A program made the position numbers and the translations under genes. Below the pieces are notes generated by a model that did no database searches, had not been told where the DNA came from, and worked only from the letters and a program-made list of their open reading frames with translations. This document shows positions 58,421 through 64,000 of a stretch of DNA of 64,000 nt, in pieces; the stretch's first letter is position 1, and every line of letters starts with the position of its first letter. The stretch is from Eledone cirrhosa (taxonomy: Eukaryota). Where the stretch lies: positions 25,730,001 through 25,794,000 of the forward strand of contig OZ024763.1 of assembly GCA_964016885.1 (NCBI GenBank). The letters are read 5' to 3'.

Positions 58421-61400
58421 ATCATCATCATCATCATCATCACCGTTTTACGTCCGTTCTTCCACGCTAGCATGGGTTAGACGGGTTGTCCTGTTGTGGG
58501 CAGTGTCTGGTCGGCTGACCATGCCTTGCTCATACAGGAACTGATCTGGCTTGATTTCTACAGCTGGATGCCCTTCCTAACACCAACCTCATTTACAGTG
58601 AGTGCTGGGTGCTTTTTCGTGGCGCCTACACGTCCACTTTACAGTGTGGGCTGGGTGCTTTTTTGCCGTGGCACCTCCACGACCACCTTGCGGTGGGGGG
58701 GGGGGGCATATTGTTTATATGCTTCAGCATGTACCCATGGGAGGTCGGGTACCCTGTATTACTGCGTGACGCCAGAAGTCACGGTCGTGTGTCATTGACT
58801 TTGAGAGGTGTAGTTGGGTAAGGTCGGCTTTTATCACCTCATCCCAAGTCATCTTGGGTCTCCCCACTCCGCGGTTTCCATCAACTTCTAGTGCTCTGCA
58901 CCTTTTTATGCAGCTGTCATCCTTCATACGCATCACATGTCCATACCAGCGTAACCGCCTCTCCTGCACGCAGCATTTGATTCCTCTTATGCTCAGTCTC
59001 TCTCTCAATTCATTTATGCTTTGTCGTTCACGTATATTACTGTTACACATCCATCGGAGCATGCAGGCTTCGTTTCTCTCTAATCTACGTAAGTCTTCCA
59101 CCTTCAGCGCCCAGGTCTCACTACCATGCAACATCGCTGTTCGGATACACGCATCATACAGTCTGCCTTTCATTCTGAGGGAGAAGCCTTTTGCAGCTAG
59201 CAGTGGTAGTAGTTCCCTAAACTTCTTCCATCCCGTTCTTACCCTAGTTATTGTACTTTCTGAGCACCCACCTCCGTTGCTAATTCGGTCACCTAGGTAG
59301 CAGAAGCTGTCTACTGTTTCTACAGGGCCCTCCCAGAGATTGGTGGTACTTGTTTCCTGTGGCTGTTTGCTTGCTGTTTCAGCACAGCTGCTGCATGTGA
59401 ATCCTACATTCTTAATTAAGCTTCCTGAGATCCCGCTACATCTCTTGTGTACCCATTGTTTGCATTTGGGGCAAAGAATGGAGTTCCTACCTACACCTTT
59501 CCTACATACTGAGCAAGGCCATTTCCCTGAGGGGATCTGGGTTCTGTTTTCTCGTCTACTTATAAGGACCTTAGTCTTTGTCATGTTGACTTTGAGGCCC
59601 TTTCTCTCTAGTCCCTGCTTCCAGGTTTGGAATTTATTCTCTAGTTCTACCATAGATTCAGCTATGAGTGCGAGGTCATCAGCATACAGGAGTTCCCATG
59701 GGCATCCGGTCTTAAACTCCTCCGTTATTGCCTGCAGGACTATGATGAACAGGAGAGGGCTAAGAACAGAGCCCTGGTGGACCCCAACCTGTACGCTAAA
59801 TTCCTCGCTATACTCATTGCCAATCCTAACTTTGCTGACTGCTCCCCTATACATGGCTTGTACCGCTTTCACAAGCCATTCATCTACTCCTAGTTTTCTA
59901 AGAGCCCACCAGATTACTGCACGTGGAACTCTGTCAAAGGCTTTCTCAAGGTCGACAAATGCCAAGTAGAGTGGCTTACTTTTAGCTAGGTACTTTTCCT
60001 GTAATTGCCTCACAAGGAAGAGCGCATCAGTGGTGCCTTTCCCTGGAACAAACCCAAATTGCATCTCGTCTATATTCACCCGGTCCCTAATCAGCTGTGC
60101 TATAACTCTTTCTGTTACTTTCATGACCTGGTCCATCAACTTTATACCTCTATAGTTTCCTCTATCTAGTGCATCGCCTTTACCTTTGTAGCAGTTGACA
60201 ATGATGCTACTGCACCAATCTTTTGGTATGGCCCCCTCTAGTATTACCTGGTTAACGATACGTGTGGTTATAGTGTGACCTACAGACCCAGATGCCTTCA
60301 GCATCTCGGCAGCTATACCCGATGGACCGGTTGCCTTCCCTATCTTCATATCTCTGATTGCCTTACTTACTACGCTGCCGCTGACTTGTACTGCTGGTCC
60401 CTCTATAGGGTCTACGTGGGGTAGGGTCTCTTCTTCCCATGCATTCTCCTCATTTAGTAATCTATCATAATGACTCTTCCATGCATCTTTCTTCTCAGCA
60501 CTTGTGAGGGCAAGCTCACCTTTATCATTCCGGATACACTTCTCTCCAATGACATCACAACTATCTCTGACACACTGCCTCGCAATCTTGAATACCTCCT
60601 GTTTCTGGTCCTCACGTTGTAAAACATGCTTGAATTTTCTATCCTCTGCTTCCCTCCTAGCTAAGTATACTTGTCGCCTAGCTTCCCTCTTGGTCTCTAT
60701 GTAATGTACCCTGCTCCCCCCGTTCTTCCATTCTTTCCATGCCTGTCTCTTGGCCTTGACTGCTTCATCTACTTTATTGTTCCACCACCAAGTCACTCTC
60801 CTCCTGCTTGAGGTCTTACTCCAGCCACAAACCTCATCCGTCGCCTCTAGTAAGTTATTTTTTAGGAACTCCCAGTTCTCTTCTACGTTAAATGTCTCTA
60901 TCTGTTCTTCTTTACTGTCGTAGGCGTTGAGTAAAATATCTTTAAATCTGTTACTGGTTGAGGGGACTTTCAGCTTCCAGATCTTTCTTCTCCAGGTTGG
61001 CCTCTGTTTCAGGGCTCGTCTAGTTCTGACCGTGAGGTCGCTGACAACTAAGCTATGTTGGGATGTACATTCCTCACTAGGGAAGGCTTTTGTGTTTACG
61101 ACCGTCCATCTGTCACGTCCTCTGATGAGAATAAAATCTAACTGACTAGAGTGCTCCCCTGATCTATAGGTGATCAGGTGGTTGTCGGGTTTTTTAAAGT
61201 TTGTGTTACATATCGACATGTCATTGGCGTCGCAGAATTCTAGAAGTCTGAATCCTTCCTCATTCCTTGTGCCAACTCCATGGCCTCCATGTACTCTATT
61301 GAAGCCGTCGCAGTGTTTACCTACGTGTCCGTTAAAATCTCCTGCAATGATTAGGAAGTCCTTGTCGTCTGTTAGAGCAGTAGTGTGTATTAGGGACTCG

Positions 61401-62090
61401 TAAAACCTATCCTTAAGTTCGTCTGGCAGCCCCGATTGGGGTGCGTAAGCTGATATTATTGTGGTAATTGTCTTATTCAGGACTAGTCTGAGTTTAATGA
61501 TTCTTGCATTTACCCTGTACACTGAGATTACTTTATCTACCCACTTGTCAGCTAATAGTATACCTACACCACCCATCCCATCGTCGTTTCCCACCCAGAA
61601 AAATTTGTAGCACTGGCTTTTTCCTACAAGGACTCTAGCAGACCCTCCTCTCCATCTAGTCTCTTGCACACAGCATACATCAACTTCCTTTCGCTCTAGC
61701 ATTTCTACGATTTCTCCTGCTCTTCCTTTCATTGAGCCTACATTGATGGTACCAACTCGGAGTTTTGGGCATTTGTCGACACTCGTAGGGGAGGGTCTCT
61801 GGGTTGGCGCTTCACGTGGGTGCTTGGTAGCTCGCAGATTCATATTTCATCTATTGATTCAGAGTTGCTCGTGTATTCCCAGCTCATCCATCCATAACGG
61901 TGGGAAAATTGAGGGCTAGAAGGACAGTGGTGGTGGGGTAATGGCAGGGTGTGTTGGGATGCGCCAGAGGAGGAGAGAGTTAGTTAGGCAGGTAGTAGCA
62001 GCAGCAGCAGTGGAAATGGCATGCTAGGTTTGATTGGTCGAATAGACTATGGTGGTGTGTGGGGGTGGGGGGGAGGGAAATTGTGAGGTA
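58421..62090 (-). mobile_element. Near full-length RTE LINE, antisense in a MIB2 intron; 5' boundary uncertain (may extend to about 63452)
   Basis: Intact ORF, about 280-bp 3' UTR and (TGA)n tail at 58421-58442; no target-site duplication identified. Confidence 0.85.
58724..61843 (-). CDS. RTE-clade LINE ORF: APE endonuclease + reverse transcriptase + Cys/His PHD-like finger (1039 aa, uninterrupted)
   Basis: EN motifs GTINV, VQETRW, AGDFNGHVG, LDFIL, SQH; RT motifs QFGFVPGKGTTDA, FVDLEKAFD, GVHQGSVLSP, YADD, YLG; CSVC..LCPKCKQWVHKRC..CSSC; RTE C-terminus MLHGSETW/RRLRWYGHV/GRPK.TW. Confidence 0.95.
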   Translation of the reverse strand: MNLRATKHPREAPTQRPSPTSVDKCPKLRVGTINVGSMKGRAGEIVEMLERKEVDVCCVQETRWRGGSARVLVGKSQCYKFFWVGNDDGMGGVGILLADKWVDKVISVYRVNARIIKLRLVLNKTITTIISAYAPQSGLPDELKDRFYESLIHTTALTDDKDFLIIAGDFNGHVGKHCDGFNRVHGGHGVGTRNEEGFRLLEFCDANDMSICNTNFKKPDNHLITYRSGEHSSQLDFILIRGRDRWTVVNTKAFPSEECTSQHSLVVSDLTVRTRRALKQRPTWRRKIWKLKVPSTSNRFKDILLNAYDSKEEQIETFNVEENWEFLKNNLLEATDEVCGWSKTSSRRRVTWWWNNKVDEAVKAKRQAWKEWKNGGSRVHYIETKREARRQVYLARREAEDRKFKHVLQREDQKQEVFKIARQCVRDSCDVIGEKCIRNDKGELALTSAEKKDAWKSHYDRLLNEENAWEEETLPHVDPIEGPAVQVSGSVVSKAIRDMKIGKATGPSGIAAEMLKASGSVGHTITTRIVNQVILEGAIPKDWCSSIIVNCYKGKGDALDRGNYRGIKLMDQVMKVTERVIAQLIRDRVNIDEMQFGFVPGKGTTDALFLVRQLQEKYLAKSKPLYLAFVDLEKAFDRVPRAVIWWALRKLGVDEWLVKAVQAMYRGAVSKVRIGNEYSEEFSVQVGVHQGSVLSPLLFIIVLQAITEEFKTGCPWELLYADDLALIAESMVELENKFQTWKQGLERKGLKVNMTKTKVLISRRENRTQIPSGKWPCSVCRKGVGRNSILCPKCKQWVHKRCSGISGSLIKNVGFTCSSCAETASKQPQETSTTNLWEGPVETVDSFCYLGDRISNGGGCSESTITRVRTGWKKFRELLPLLAAKGFSLRMKGRLYDACIRTAMLHGSETWALKVEDLRRLERNEACMLRWMCNSNIRERQSINELRERLSIRGIKCCVQERRLRWYGHVMRMKDDSCIKRCRALEVDGNRGVGRPKMTWDEVIKADLTQLHLSKSMTHDRDFWRHAVIQGTRPPMGTC

Positions 62091-62157
62091 GGAACTGAGG
62101 GTCGCATGGTAAATATCCAAGTTAATACTACATCAGTAAAATTAACAATAATAACGT

Positions 62158-63452
62158 CATGAAAAAAGCTACTAAGAGAAACCCTCGAAAATTTATCGTT
62201 AATACAGCAGGGAAAATTTAACGCTAATACAGCAGGGAACATCATAATATTAACGACATGAAAAAGCTACTAAGAGAATCCCTCGAAAATTTATCGCTAA
62301 TACAGCAGGGAAAATTTAACGCTAATACAGCAGGGAACATCATAATATTAACGACATGAAAAAGCTACTAAGAGAATCCCTCGAAAATTTATCGCTAATA
62401 CAGCAGGGAAAATTTAACGCTAATACAGCAGGGAACATCATAATATTAACGACATGAAAAAGCTACTAAGAGAAACCCTCGAAAATTTATCGCTAATACA
62501 GCAGGGAAAATTTAACGCTAATACAGCAGGGAACATCATAATATTAACGACAATATGTAGGCTAAAATACCTTCGTAGATTAGGTGGATGGCTGGCTGGG
62601 AAAATTTGAATCAGCTCTACTGGTACATTTTAGCAGAGAAGAATGGCAAAGTGTCTTATCTCTTCAATATTTTCAGATTGAATGAATTAGGTTAAAGACA
62701 GGGTAGTAAGCCTTAAAGAAGTGCATAGAGGGGGGGGGGGGGGTAGGAACTGAGGGTCGCATGGTAAATAACTGAAAGAGATACAATAGGATTAGAATAC
62801 CGCATGGTAAATATCCAAGTTAATAAGTTAATACTACATCAGTAAAATTAACAATAATAACGTCATGAAAAAAGCTACTAAGAGAAACCCTCGAAAATTT
62901 ATCGCTAATACAGCAGGGAAAATTTAACGCTAATACAGCAGGGAACATCATAATATTAACGACATGAAAAAGCTACTAAGAGAAACCCTCGAAAATTTAT
63001 CGCTAATACAGCAGGGAAAATTTAACGCTAATACAGCAGGGAACATCATAATATTAACGACATGAAAAAGCTACTAAGAGAAACCCTCGAAAATTTATCG
63101 CTAATACAGCAGGGAAAATTTAACGCTAATACAGCAGGGAACATCATAATATTAACGACATGAAAAAGCTACTAAGAGAAACCCTCGAAAATTTATCGCT
63201 AATACAGCAGGGAAAATTTAACGCTAATACAGCAGGGAACATCATAATATTAACGACATGAAAAAGCTACTAAGAGAAACCCTCGAAAATTTATCGCTAA
63301 TACAGCAGGGAAAATTTAACGCTAATACAGCAGGGAACATCATAATATTAACGACATGAAAAAGCTACTAAGAGAAACCCTCGAAAATTTATCGCTAATA
63401 CAGCAGGGAAAATTTAACGCTAATACAGCAGGGAACATCATAATATTAACGA
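62158..63452. repeat. Two arrays of a 98-bp unit (4 copies 62158-62550; 6 copies 62864-63452)
   Basis: CATGAAAAAGCTACTAAGAG... recurs at 62963, 63061, 63159, 63257, 63355. Confidence 0.95.
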
Positions 63453-63830
63453 TATATAAGGTTTATTTTCCTGTCACTAGTCTTCTCCTTTTTCGTTTTC
63501 ATAACACTCACAGTCTCACTCACACTCACGCAGTCTCACTCACGCTCACGCAGTCTCACTCACACTCATGCAGTCTCACTCACACTCATGCAGTCTCACA
63601 CTCACACAGTCTCTCTCTCACTCATGGAGTCTCACTCACACTCATGCAGTCTCACACTCACACAGTCTCTCTCTCACTCATGGAGTCTCACTCACACTCA
63701 TGCAGTCTCACTCACTCACACAGTCTCATTCACACTCATGCAGTCTCATTCACACTCATGCAGTCTCACTCACACTCACGCAGTTAGACTTACAGTCTCA
63801 CTCACAGTGTCTCTCTCTCTCTCACTCTAG

Positions 63831-63979
63831 ATTGATCAGAGGAGTTCTGGTAAGACAGCCCTACAAGTTGCTAGTCACCAGGGCCATAAAGATATTGTAT
63901 TAATGCTGCTGGAAGCTGGAGCTAATTTAGAACTCCAAGATGAAGATGGAGACACAGCACTACATTATTCAGCCTTTGG
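63831..63979 (+). CDS. MIB2: MIB2 exon, ankyrin repeats; gene continues beyond window
   Basis: CTAG acceptor; IDQRSSGKTALQVASHQGHKDIVLMLLEAGANLELQDEDGDTALHYSAFG; GTAAG donor. Confidence 0.95.
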
Positions 63980-64000
63980 GTAAGTCATTCTTCTTCTTCT

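Noticed and set aside
62158-63452. Regular repeats as possible CRISPR array (also 28983-30133, 32836-33995)
   Set aside because: No unique spacers, no cas genes, eukaryotic intron context

Overview
Eukaryotic, AT-rich, very repeat-dense genomic DNA. The SINE/RTE/Penelope content and (TA)n load resemble an octopus/coleoid cephalopod genome (inference). The window holds ten spliced coding exons of one + strand gene, a Mind bomb E3 ubiquitin ligase most similar to MIB2 (Mib/HERC2-ZZ-Mib/HERC2-2x Mib repeat-ankyrin start), which continues past the right edge. Most ORFs in the supplied track are microsatellite artefacts. The introns contain an RTE-clade LINE with an intact 1039-aa ORF (APE + RT + PHD-like finger), truncated copies of three RTE-like families, two tRNA-derived SINE families, DNA-transposon MITEs and several mini/microsatellites. 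The main unexplained signal is about 13 minimal type-I hammerhead ribozyme motifs of several sequence families. They sit in short Penelope-like modules next to (TA)n tracts, some as long inverted repeats, and five lie in the sense orientation of the MIB2 introns. All calls were made by eye; no folding or database search was run.
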